NCBI GenBank assembly: GCA_030646255.1 | Contig: JAUSNF010000056.1 | Location: 1 to 54,764 of the forward strand | DNA: 54,764 nt | DNA from: Candidatus Burarchaeum sp. | Lineage (GTDB): Archaea > Micrarchaeota > Micrarchaeia > Burarchaeales > Burarchaeaceae | Direction of reading: 5' to 3' | In this document: in pieces, positions 8,385 to 16,555 of the stretch | Layout of the letters: every line of letters starts with the position of its first letter | Numbering within the stretch: the stretch's first letter is position 1 | Made by a program: the position numbers and the translations under genes | Notes under the pieces: model-generated | The model's input: only the letters and a program-made list of their open reading frames with translations | Databases searched by the model: none | What the model was told of the DNA's origin: nothing

Positions 8385-9020
8385 ATGGACTTTATCTGCC
8401 CCCGCTGCGGCGCGAAGAGCAGCGAGAAAAAGTTTGTCGAGAGCTTCTGCATCGACTGCTTCAAGCGCTACATTGACATAGACACGCCCGCTGCCGTGGA
8501 AATTCCCGTGTGCAGGCAGTGCGACCGCGTGAAGCTCGCGCAATGGCAGGAGAAAGATTCCGAGGCGATTGGAAAGTATATTCTCAAACAGTGCAAGGTC
8601 GACTACGATACGGCGAAGGCGGAAGTGACCGACAGGGGCGAGTGCGACATCAGCTTCGTGATAAACGCGAAGGGCGCGCGCATAGAGGTCAGTGAGCATG
8701 TGGGCATAAAATTCCTGCCCACAATGTGCGAAAATTGCTCGCGCACGACCAGCGGCTATTTCGAGGCCATCATCCAGCTGCGCGGGAGCGATGAGAATGT
8801 CGAGAAGGCGATGCAGCGGCTCATGCCCGTTCTCGAGAAAAACTCTTTCATCTCAAAAATAAAGGAGGACAGGCGCGGCGTTGACCTGTATGTGGGCTCA
8901 AAGCAGATAGCTGCCGCGGCCATTTCGCACATGAACCTAACTCCCAAAATATCGAACAAGCTGCATGGCGTGAGGGACGGGCAAAGAATCTACAGGACCA
9001 CTTTCAGCGTCAGGGTCTAG
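8385..9020 (+). CDS. NMD3-family protein, N-terminal zinc-cluster domain only (short form)
   Basis: Four CxxC pairs (CPRCG, CIDCF, CRQCD, CENCS) and GYFEAIIQLRG match the NMD3 N-domain. The TATA TTATAAATAT (8355-8364) is centred about 25 nt upstream of ATG 8385. Confidence 0.65.
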   Translation: MDFICPRCGAKSSEKKFVESFCIDCFKRYIDIDTPAAVEIPVCRQCDRVKLAQWQEKDSEAIGKYILKQCKVDYDTAKAEVTDRGECDISFVINAKGARIEVSEHVGIKFLPTMCENCSRTTSGYFEAIIQLRGSDENVEKAMQRLMPVLEKNSFISKIKEDRRGVDLYVGSKQIAAAAISHMNLTPKISNKLHGVRDGQRIYRTTFSVRV

Positions 9021-10153
9021 CTGCGGTCCGCTTTGGTTGACGCCCGCCGCACGCTTATTATCCTCGTCTTCCCCCTCATCCCGCCGCTCTCTTCTTTCCT
9101 CTCAACCATCTTTGCCTCAAGCACGCCCAGCTTCACGAGCCTGTTCACGTGCTCCTCGACCACGCGCTCGTGCTCATCAAAAAGCTTGTAGAGCCCGCCG
9201 CTCGTGATTCCGCCATGCCCGCGTTCACCCGCTTTCTTCACGGCCTCATAAATTTCCTTCTGCAGCCCCTCAAGCCGCGGCTCGAGCTCCTCGCGCGTTG
9301 GCTTCTGCTCCTCAACGTCCAATTTCACCCGCTTCACATGCTCAACCGAGACCATGCGCGCATTCTCGCGCTCAGCCAGCTTGCCAGCCCGCCAGAGCGC
9401 ATTCAGCGCCAGCCGCGCATCGCCCCCGTGCTTTGCGCCTATGGCTGCGCACACCGGTACGACTTCCGCATCCAGGGCCTCAGGCAAAAACGCGACCTTC
9501 GCCCTCTCGCGCAAAATATCCTTGAGCTGCACTGGCGAATACTGCGCGAACTTCACCTGCCTTTGCGCTAGCGAGCTCTTCACGCGCGCATCCATGCCCG
9601 CCGTAATCTCCTCATTGTTCGTAATTGAAATCAGGCCTATGCGCGCGCCCAGCAGCTCATTGCCCCGCGAGAGGTCGTAGAGAATGCGCCATTCCTCGTG
9701 CTTGGCCGCGAATAGGCGGTCCACTTCATCGAGAACTACAACAATGCTCTTGCCGCTCTTTGCAAGCGCCTCTGCAAAGCTGTCGAAAATCTCGTCGCTT
9801 GCAATGCCGCGCCTCGGCGTAGCCTCGCCCATTGCATTTGCAAGCTTCGCAAGAATGCCGTGCCGCGTGCCGAGCTCCCAGCAGTTTATGTACGTAGTCA
9901 CGACGCGCTGCGAGTATTCCTCAAGCTCGCGCAGCACGTAGCGCGAAACCGATGTCTTGCCCGTGCCCGGCGGGCCTGTCAGCAAAAGGTTCTCAGCCCC
10001 TCTTCCTTCGGCCGTGCCTGCAAGCGCATCCGCCAGCTCCCTTATCTCGCGGTCGCGGTGCGGCAGCACGTCGGGCAGGAACTCCGGCATGAGCGCCCGC
10101 TCGTCCCTGAATATGCGGCTCTCGGCCCTGCCTTTTGAGAAGATGTTGGCCAT
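9017..10153 (-). CDS. cdc6: Orc1/Cdc6 replication initiator
   Basis: The N-terminus ..IFRDERALMPEFLPDVLPHRDREIRELADAL is typical of the family. Walker A GPPGTGKTS, Walker B VVVLDEVD and a C-terminal winged helix are present. Start set at ATG 10153, because the 37 upstream residues of the track ORF are not family-like. Confidence 0.93.
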   Translation of the reverse strand: MANIFSKGRAESRIFRDERALMPEFLPDVLPHRDREIRELADALAGTAEGRGAENLLLTGPPGTGKTSVSRYVLRELEEYSQRVVTTYINCWELGTRHGILAKLANAMGEATPRRGIASDEIFDSFAEALAKSGKSIVVVLDEVDRLFAAKHEEWRILYDLSRGNELLGARIGLISITNNEEITAGMDARVKSSLAQRQVKFAQYSPVQLKDILRERAKVAFLPEALDAEVVPVCAAIGAKHGGDARLALNALWRAGKLAERENARMVSVEHVKRVKLDVEEQKPTREELEPRLEGLQKEIYEAVKKAGERGHGGITSGGLYKLFDEHERVVEEHVNRLVKLGVLEAKMVERKEESGGMRGKTRIISVRRASTKADRS

Positions 10154-10174
10154 GGCTGAATTTCGGCAGAAAGG

Positions 10175-10184
10175 CATAAATATG
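10175..10184. promoter_or_regulatory. single palindromic TATA box (CATAAATATG) shared by divergent leaderless genes
   Basis: The centre at 10179.5 is exactly 26.5 nt from the cdc6 ATG (10153, minus) and 26.5 nt from ATG 10206 (plus). Confidence 0.5.
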
Positions 10185-10205
10185 GCCAAATCCATAATCC
10201 AATCA

Positions 10206-10721
10206 ATGGCTGAAACGGAAACGCGCGTTTTCACCAAAGCAGCAGACCAACTTATAGCTGACATTCTAAATCTGACTGACGGTTACGGCCCTAAAAAGCC
10301 GCTTGAAGGCTGGCATCCATTCAATCGCCACTGCGCAGGCCTCTGCAAGCTATTTGATGATGCGCAGGCTGCACAACCCAACAAGCAACCCGAGCTGAAT
10401 GAGGAGCAAATAAATAATTTGGTCGAAGTGATGACGCGGCTGTCGGAGAACAAGTGCATTACCATAATCGGGCTTCTTGACTATTATGGCGGCGCGGACG
10501 TGGTTAAGCTTCTTGAGCGTAGGGCGGAATGCGAGAAGAACGATGCCGTGCGAACAATCTTACGCGATGCGGTTGATTGGATCCAGCTGCGGCGCAAGAA
10601 CAGGCAGAAACCGCTCGAGCAGAAGCCGAACACGGCCACGCCCGTATCTCCGCGCCAGCCCGGAAATCAGGCAACGCCACCGCCAACCGCAGGCGGTTTT
10701 CGCAAGGCCGTTAGCGGCTGA
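10206..10721 (+). CDS. hypothetical helical protein with Pro/Gln-rich C-terminal tail
   Basis: Only the part of track ORF 9957..10721 that does not overlap cdc6 is taken. ATG 10206 fits the leaderless geometry; ATG 10182 is an alternative start. HEAT-like helices are present (..ITIIGLLDYYGGADVVKLLERR..). Confidence 0.5.
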   Translation: MAETETRVFTKAADQLIADILNLTDGYGPKKPLEGWHPFNRHCAGLCKLFDDAQAAQPNKQPELNEEQINNLVEVMTRLSENKCITIIGLLDYYGGADVVKLLERRAECEKNDAVRTILRDAVDWIQLRRKNRQKPLEQKPNTATPVSPRQPGNQATPPPTAGGFRKAVSG

Positions 10722-10785
10722 GAGCGCCCTTCAGCATCTCTCAAAAACCCCTGCCTGTGCGCGCGGACAAAACTAGTCCGATAGG

Positions 10786-10793
10786 TATAAATA
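10786..10793 (+). promoter_or_regulatory. TATA box (TATAAATA)
   Basis: Lies about 24 nt upstream of ATG 10817. Confidence 0.5.
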
Positions 10794-10816
10794 ACATCAA
10801 AGCCATATTTTTTCCA

Positions 10817-11683
10817 ATGGCCGAGCAACCTGGCGCATCCGAATACTCTGCGTCCAAATATGTAGTGCGGCTCCGTGACGACCTGGCTTCTTTCGAGAAC
10901 GCCAAACAAACTAAAGGCGACCTCATTTCTCTGGGGCAATCCATTAAATCACATCTTTACCATATTGCAGCAACAAACTGCGTGCTAACAAAAGATGATG
11001 CAGCAAGTATGCTGGACATGCTTGCTTCGGCCTCTGATGAAAGCATAAGGAAGCACATGGCGGAGGTGCTCTCTGCCAAGGAGGCGTGCAAGAACTTCGA
11101 TTCGGCCCTTCTGAGGCCACGTGATGCGGAGAAACCAGCTGAAGTTCCAGCGGAATTCGTCATTAATGCAGTTGTGCAGGTCCCAGAGCCGCGTATGCGC
11201 AAGATGTTAGTTGACATATTGAAAGATAGTAGCGGCACGGTCAGCGAGAAGACGGTGGTTGAGCTGGTGGCACGCGCAGTGGAGCTGATACCCACCAAAT
11301 TTACTGGCGTGCAATTAGTAAACGCATTCAAGGACGATCCCATCGGAGCCCAGCTGCGGAAGGAGTTGAACAGGCGTTTCGACACCATGGATGACGGGCG
11401 CGACTCTGGCATTTCCCAAAATCCCAAGAAGCGGGTTGGAGAAGTCCTTTCCTACCTCCTGAGCGAAATATACAGGAAAATGCCCGAGGGAAGCGAGAAA
11501 GACCGGCTGGAAGGGAGAATAAGAGAGGTAAAATGCGAACTTCAAAATCTTCTTACAGTCGACACGAAGCGGGCTTCAGAAAAGCCGGGCCTGGCTTCGA
11601 AATGGGCCAAGGTATGCCCTGAAGCTCCTGAAAGGGGTGCTGACCAACGACCTCCAGGTCCTGGTCGAAAAATCGGCAGATAG
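10817..11683 (+). CDS. hypothetical helical-repeat protein
   Basis: Start set at ATG 10817 (MAEQPG..) downstream of the TATA. All-alpha composition. No family recognised. Confidence 0.55.
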   Translation: MAEQPGASEYSASKYVVRLRDDLASFENAKQTKGDLISLGQSIKSHLYHIAATNCVLTKDDAASMLDMLASASDESIRKHMAEVLSAKEACKNFDSALLRPRDAEKPAEVPAEFVINAVVQVPEPRMRKMLVDILKDSSGTVSEKTVVELVARAVELIPTKFTGVQLVNAFKDDPIGAQLRKELNRRFDTMDDGRDSGISQNPKKRVGEVLSYLLSEIYRKMPEGSEKDRLEGRIREVKCELQNLLTVDTKRASEKPGLASKWAKVCPEAPERGADQRPPGPGRKIGR

Positions 11684-11744
11684 CCCGTTTCCCATACCCT
11701 TAAATTCCTGCGCAAACAGAATGCAGTAGCCAAGGCATGATTGA

Positions 11745-12905
11745 ATGGGCGTACAACTGGAATTCGATCCAAAGACAAAAGTCATCACGGTCAGCCAGGC
11801 CGAGAGCGTCAGCTCTCTCGTGCGCGGCTACTACGGAATCATGCACCGCGGCGTAATAACACTCTTCCCGGACGAGGCGCTCTACCTGATGGACATACGC
11901 AATGCGCGCTGCTTTGACTCTAGTGGAAATGAGTACAAGTTCAACGACATAGCCGACAGCTACCATGTGCGCAAGAAGATGGCGCGCTATTTCACGTACA
12001 AGGACTGGCGCGACCGCGGCCTGATAGCGCGGCCTATTGAGGAAAGCGCGGGCGGCTACGGCAGGAGCACAGTGAAGCGCTATCCATCGGGCACGTTTGC
12101 GGCGCCCCAATATTCCCTGCAGGGCATGTTCTTCCCGGACGACTTGTACACGGTAATTGACGACGAGGAAGTAGGCCGCAAGCTCTACCACGACTACTGG
12201 CTTGGCCAGTTCGGCTCGTACAAGGCTGAGCACCGCGGCAGGCTGAGCAAGCTCGATGCCTATGAAACTGTGTTCATGATGAAACATTGCGGCCTGTCGT
12301 TGAAAAACGCCAGCCAGGAAAAGGTTGTGCGCGAGGCCACGAAGAGGCGCAAGGACTTCCCACTAATGTACGAAGTTTACGAGGACTGGAGATTACGTGG
12401 CTTTGTACTCAAGACCGGCTTCAAGTTCGGCACGCACTTCCGCCTTTACTTCCCAGGCGCCTCACCCGTACGCGATATAGACGAGTGGATTCACTCAAAG
12501 CACGTCATCCACGTCTTCCCGCGCAACAGCAAGATGCTCATTTCAGAATGGGCCAGGGCCATAAGAGTAGCGCACAGCGTGAAGAAGACTTTCATCCTGG
12601 CCATACCAGGCAAGGGCAAGATTGCGAAGGCAGAGCTGGACTTCCTGCTATTCCACCGCAACAAGGGCGGCATTGAAAATCCAAAGGAGGGCAAGCCCAA
12701 GTATCTGATGTTCTCCTTGAGCGAGGAGGAATACATCGGCGGCGAGGAGCTGGCCAAGGCGATTGAAAAAGCAAAGGACGCGGGACTGGAGCTTTTGCTC
12801 GCAATAGCGGACCGCGAGAGCGGCGTAACCTATTACCACGTGAAGCGCATCATCCTGCCGGGCTCGAAGTACGAGTACTACGAGATTGAGTGGGAGCAGC
12901 CATAG
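11745..12905 (+). CDS. endA: tRNA-splicing endonuclease, long (386 aa) multi-unit form
   Basis: The central catalytic unit reads YEVYEDWRLRGFVLKTGFKFGTHFRLYFPG ... HSKHVIHVF ... RVAHSVKKTFILAI, a Tyr/His/Lys triad context. There is a degenerate N-terminal unit (ITLFPDEALYLMD .. YFTYKDWRDRGLIARP). An extra C-terminal unit ends ..LLLAIADRESGVTYYHVKRI. Confidence 0.85.
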   Translation: MGVQLEFDPKTKVITVSQAESVSSLVRGYYGIMHRGVITLFPDEALYLMDIRNARCFDSSGNEYKFNDIADSYHVRKKMARYFTYKDWRDRGLIARPIEESAGGYGRSTVKRYPSGTFAAPQYSLQGMFFPDDLYTVIDDEEVGRKLYHDYWLGQFGSYKAEHRGRLSKLDAYETVFMMKHCGLSLKNASQEKVVREATKRRKDFPLMYEVYEDWRLRGFVLKTGFKFGTHFRLYFPGASPVRDIDEWIHSKHVIHVFPRNSKMLISEWARAIRVAHSVKKTFILAIPGKGKIAKAELDFLLFHRNKGGIENPKEGKPKYLMFSLSEEEYIGGEELAKAIEKAKDAGLELLLAIADRESGVTYYHVKRIILPGSKYEYYEIEWEQP

Positions 12906-12917
12906 TTTTTCCACGAC

Positions 12918-13499
12918 CTACTTGTCGGTACCTGCCTCCCCCATCATGATATCTGGTAGTTTTTCCAAGTCGTTTTTGTGGAGTAATTGGTCCGCCCCAT
13001 TTTTTCTTGCAAGGTTCAGGCATTCCCAGGATGACGATTGCGCCAGGATTGGCGTTTTAGGAAATTCCTTTTTTGCGGTGCGTATTAGCTTTAGCCCGGC
13101 CATCACTGTGTGGTCTACGTCATCGGCATCCCTTACCACGATTGGTCCGCCCCTCTTCTTCGGGAATACTATGTCCGTTATCAACATCGAAGCCGGGTCG
13201 GAGAGAACGCGCAGCGACCCCAACGCATCCTGCAGGTTGCATGCAGTTTTCACTTCATCAAGCTCGAACTTCCTGATCAGTTCGAGTATCTGCGCCATTC
13301 TCTCCGGTAGGTCTTCCACTATTAGCACGCTGCGCACGCGCGCAATAGTGCCGACCAGCGGCCGCATGCTTTCGATGGGCGGCCTCCTGATGCCCTGCGT
13401 TTCAGTCGCCAGCTGCCTGCTTGCGAGTGCAATCTCGGCACCCGGGTTCAGGCGCCTAAGTGCCGTCATCCCAATCACCCGGGTCTTCAGGCTTGACAC
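12918..13499 (-). CDS. CheY-like receiver-domain protein (stand-alone; start uncertain)
   Basis: VLIVEDLP.. (acidic pair), ..MLITDIVFP (phospho-acceptor Asp context), ..TPILAQSS and ..LLHKNDL (Lys) follow the receiver pattern, with an insertion after the Asp. ATG 13367 would give a compact 149-aa receiver. The longest ORF overlaps the upstream HTH gene by 44 nt. Confidence 0.55.
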   Translation of the reverse strand: MSSLKTRVIGMTALRRLNPGAEIALASRQLATETQGIRRPPIESMRPLVGTIARVRSVLIVEDLPERMAQILELIRKFELDEVKTACNLQDALGSLRVLSDPASMLITDIVFPKKRGGPIVVRDADDVDHTVMAGLKLIRTAKKEFPKTPILAQSSSWECLNLARKNGADQLLHKNDLEKLPDIMMGEAGTDK

Positions 13500-13650
13500 T
13501 GCGCAGCGCCCTCCACACAGACATGTGCGACATGCCGAATATTCTCGCCAGCTCGCGGAGGCTCGTGCTCTCGCTAAATGCCATGGTTTTAAGCTCCGAC
13601 AGTTTCTCGCCGCTTAGTTTTCTGGGGCGTCCTCTGCGGGATTCAGGCAC
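13456..13650 (-). CDS. small helix-turn-helix protein (IS630/resolvase-type HTH), copy 1
   Basis: GTG start. RGRPRKLSGEKLSELKTMAFSESTSLRELARIFGMSHMSVWRAL is a classic GRP..L + HTH module. It is paralogous to the frame at 16556-16768. Confidence 0.6.
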   Translation of the reverse strand: MPESRRGRPRKLSGEKLSELKTMAFSESTSLRELARIFGMSHMSVWRALRSVKPEDPGDWDDGT

Positions 13651-13780
13651 AGCGCCAACAGCGCCGCATAAAGGAATAGGATGAATACTGCTTCAGTTCG
13701 CTTCGCTGGCTTTCCTTCCGTCCGATTTCCCTTACAAGTCCCAGTCCCAATCCTTCTTCCAACCTTCTATCCTCCAGTCC

Positions 13781-13863
13781 CATTTTTCTCAGCTCCGCAC
13801 GCTTGCCCGCGTGCTCTTGCGATTGTGAAGCGGGCGATATTTAAAGATATGTAACAAAATGCG
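13781..13863 (-). repeat. conserved upstream segment, copy 1 (TTTTGTTACATATCTTTAAATATCG ... GTGCGGAGCTGAGAAAAATG on the minus strand)
   Basis: Aligns by eye with 16797-16873. It begins immediately after the stop of the preceding enzyme gene and contains a TATA-like TTTAAATAT. Confidence 0.6.
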
Positions 13864-13866
13864 AGG

Positions 13867-14940
13867 CTACAGCTCGCCGTTCCCGACCTGCCTTATCACC
13901 TGCGCGAATGTCGAAGAGCCTATCTCGTAGCACTGGATTGCAAAGCTCAGCTTGACATTCGTGCCTTCGTCCGAAGGTTGAACATCGAGGCCTTTCTCAA
14001 ACACAAGCACCGGCGGGACTTCCATGCCCATTCCCCTGGCCGGCGCCACTATTTTTTCCTCAATCTCGTCCGTACTGCACATGTCCTGCCCGAGCACCAT
14101 CACCTTTTCGTTGGATTTGATGAATTCCAACACGTCTTTCCTCGCGTGCTCCTGCTTAAGCCCCATGCTCATATTGACTATGTAGTAGTTGGTGGCGAAT
14201 ACGTGAACGAGGCTCATGTCCTCCTTTGCCCAGACGCCTCTGCCGAAGAGCTGGTTCAGCTCGTCATGCCATTGCACTATGAACTTCTCCTCGCCCAAGC
14301 ACAGCGAAGTGCTTTTCGCCACTGAGGGGTATCCTGTCTTCCTGTCGAGCAGCGTGACTGCATGCAGCCCCATCCCGCTCATGTCTTCCTTTAGTCCCCC
14401 GAACAGCCTGGCCAAGCTAGACACGATGCAGTCTCCGACCCGCCAAACGTTCTTGCCAACGCTCGACCACTTGTCTTCGCCTGCTAACGGCGGGGCTATC
14501 AGCCTGCCCCGCGGCCCGCTGGTGTCATGGTACTCGTCAGCCATCAGGAAGACCGGGACTTCGTCGAAAAGATGCCAGTATACTGCCTCAAAGTGCTTCG
14601 CGCCCCGCGTGACGTCCACGAAAACATCGCATAGCTTTCCAATGTCGCTCCTTCCCAAGGCCTCATCGAACTCGAAAATCTTCTGGGAACTGTTCAGCTT
14701 TTTAACGGTCGCGATGCCTTCCTCGAGCAGCATCCGCTTGGGCCAAATGCCGCGTGCTCCTTTCGGCAGGTTCTCCAGCCCGGTTATCAGGTTCTTCAAT
14801 GTCGCATTGTTGTGCTCTATGCCCAAGGTTACAACTGCCTCGTCCGGCCTCTTGGCCAGCTCCCGCACCAGGCCCTGGCCGTACCTGCCTGCAATGCCGC
14901 GTATGCCCACCCGTATGGGGTTGTTCATTTTCGATTGCAT
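13867..14940 (-). CDS. highly divergent archaeal type-II GAPDH-like NAD(P) dehydrogenase
   Basis: Collinear by eye with archaeal GAPDH. IRVGIRGIAGRYGQ corresponds to VAINGYGTVGKR, VWRVGDCIVSSLARL to TRVVSCNTTGLCR (Cys kept), AVTLLDRKTG to AVIVRRGAD, and STDEIEEKI to STAEIMEYA. AGGTGGG lies 3 nt before the ATG. Confidence 0.6.
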   Translation of the reverse strand: MQSKMNNPIRVGIRGIAGRYGQGLVRELAKRPDEAVVTLGIEHNNATLKNLITGLENLPKGARGIWPKRMLLEEGIATVKKLNSSQKIFEFDEALGRSDIGKLCDVFVDVTRGAKHFEAVYWHLFDEVPVFLMADEYHDTSGPRGRLIAPPLAGEDKWSSVGKNVWRVGDCIVSSLARLFGGLKEDMSGMGLHAVTLLDRKTGYPSVAKSTSLCLGEEKFIVQWHDELNQLFGRGVWAKEDMSLVHVFATNYYIVNMSMGLKQEHARKDVLEFIKSNEKVMVLGQDMCSTDEIEEKIVAPARGMGMEVPPVLVFEKGLDVQPSDEGTNVKLSFAIQCYEIGSSTFAQVIRQVGNGEL

Positions 14941-14948
14941 AAGCCCAC

Positions 14949-15791
14949 CTAGTTCACCGGTCCTTTCCGCAGCTCGGCCGTTTCAAGAAGGCGGCTAACA
15001 ACGGCATCTTCCAGGACCGCTATTGTATTGATGACTGGCAAGCCCGCGTCTGGCTCTGAAATCAGGAGCGGCAAATCCGTGCAGCCGAGAATTATGCCTT
15101 GCGCCCCTCTCCGCTCCATGCCCTTCATTATTTCCAGAAGCTTATGCCGGTCATCTGCAGTGGCTTCGCGGTTGATTATTCTCACTATGCAATCGCTGAC
15201 AAATCCTTGGGCGTTGTTATCCGGCACAATGACTGCGATTCCTGTTTTGTCGAGTTCGTTGGCATGCAGCCTTTCGTTCACGGTCTTGGTCGATGAAAGC
15301 AGCCCGGCACACCTTATACCGAGCCCTGCCGCTTTCTTGGCCGTTTCCTCCAGAATGCTGAGTATAGGTGCCTTCGAAATGGCCCGCAGTTCCTCGATGA
15401 AAACATGGACCGTGTTGCATGGAATGGCGATCAGGTCCACCTTTGCTTTGTTGAACAGGGCCATTGTCTCCTCCAGCAGCCTGAAATGCTCCTCCGAAAC
15501 GCCTCCATGGATTAATCTTTCCTCGCTTTCGCCCGTAATGGGAAGATTGACCACTATCAAGTGCGGCTGGCTGCCCGTCTCCGCTTTGAATTTGTCGTTT
15601 ATGTTCAAGCTGAACCTGAAGCCGGTTTCCGGGCCAAGGCCTCCAACCACGCCCAATATCTTTTTTCCCCGCTCATGCCACCTCATCCATTCAGCAGTGT
15701 CTGCCGACACTCTATGCCCCGTCGTTTCCGCACTGCGGCCGCTCCGCTCGCTCACGCGGCGCTCCAGCTTCCGCTCGCTTGCGTCAGACAT
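14949..15791 (-). CDS. aspartate/glutamate-family racemase
   Basis: ILGVVGGLGPETG, PCNTVH and GCTDLPLL give the two catalytic-Cys motifs. ATG 15791 overlaps the upstream stop (ATGTCTGA). ATG 15686 is an alternative that removes a basic N-terminal extension. Confidence 0.8.
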   Translation of the reverse strand: MSDASERKLERRVSERSGRSAETTGHRVSADTAEWMRWHERGKKILGVVGGLGPETGFRFSLNINDKFKAETGSQPHLIVVNLPITGESEERLIHGGVSEEHFRLLEETMALFNKAKVDLIAIPCNTVHVFIEELRAISKAPILSILEETAKKAAGLGIRCAGLLSSTKTVNERLHANELDKTGIAVIVPDNNAQGFVSDCIVRIINREATADDRHKLLEIMKGMERRGAQGIILGCTDLPLLISEPDAGLPVINTIAVLEDAVVSRLLETAELRKGPVN

Positions 15792-16554
15792 CGGAACCAC
15801 CATCAGCCCGCTCGTCGCTTTCCTTTTGCCCGCGCTGGCTCTGCGCCCACTCTTTGATTTTGGCCCGCAAAATCTCACTTCGCCGCATATTCAGGAACGT
15901 GCCCGTACAAACAAGCACAGCCGCCAGGATTTCAAAACCAGCCAGTACAAGCGAGTGTGCGCCGGAAGCCACCATGTTGAGAAGCACGATGTTGCCGAGT
16001 ACATGTACGTGTAGGAAAACACCGATATCCTGCCTGAAGCTTTCCTGTTCCTTCTTAATTTCATCCGTTTCTCCGTGCATTTGCACCAGTTTCTCCAGCC
16101 GCTTTCCGCGCAGCGTGCCGAATTTGTGCATGTCAACTGCTGAGCTCACTATGGCGCCGATCGAACTAGCCATAACCACTATGTGCATGGCTGAAATAGG
16201 CGGTTGGTCCGGCCAGAAGATAGGGCCTATTTTCGAGGAGACGAATGCAAGCACGGTGCCTGTGACGGCCATTTGCACTGTTTTCTCGCCCGTCTCCTTC
16301 CAGAAGTTTCTGTGGATGCGCCACATTTTGGAGTCTATTTTTTCCAGTTCTTCATCTTTTTGTTCCAATACTGGTTTGGTTCCGTGATTCAGCGCTTGCG
16401 CAGGTTTATTGAGTGCACCTTTTCCACTCCATGCTTCACTGCCCAGCCTGTCCGGCTCTAGCTTCGCATTCCTGCACGCAGGCGTCATCCGGTCCCGGCC
16501 TGCCGATGGCTTCCTCTCGGGTGGTTGCTTCTTTTGGAATTCCATGGCACCCAC
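15784..16554 (-). CDS. hypothetical membrane protein (about 4 TM, hydrophilic N-terminus)
   Basis: A GTG (16554) or ATG (16545) start lies directly after the HTH-2 stop. Hydrophobic segments include VTGTVLAFVSSKIGPIF, ISAMHIVVMASSIGAIVSS, VLGNIVLLNMVASGAH and LVLAGFEILAAVLVCTGTF. Confidence 0.55.
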   Translation of the reverse strand: MGAMEFQKKQPPERKPSAGRDRMTPACRNAKLEPDRLGSEAWSGKGALNKPAQALNHGTKPVLEQKDEELEKIDSKMWRIHRNFWKETGEKTVQMAVTGTVLAFVSSKIGPIFWPDQPPISAMHIVVMASSIGAIVSSAVDMHKFGTLRGKRLEKLVQMHGETDEIKKEQESFRQDIGVFLHVHVLGNIVLLNMVASGAHSLVLAGFEILAAVLVCTGTFLNMRRSEILRAKIKEWAQSQRGQKESDERADGGSDV

Positions 16555-16555
16555 C

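Noticed and set aside
9017-10264. Replication origin (ORB repeats plus DUE) next to cdc6
   Set aside because: The upstream spacer is only 52 bp and is fully accounted for by a shared TATA box. The downstream end overlaps the NMD3-like gene. No ORB-like inverted repeats are visible, so no origin can be supported here.
12886-13617. Plus-strand 243-aa ORF and other long antisense ORFs across the cassette (for example 14216..14998, 15028..16014, 15779..16387)
   Set aside because: These Ser/Pro/Leu-rich low-complexity translations lie opposite minus-strand genes that carry clear family motifs (receiver, GAPDH-like, racemase).
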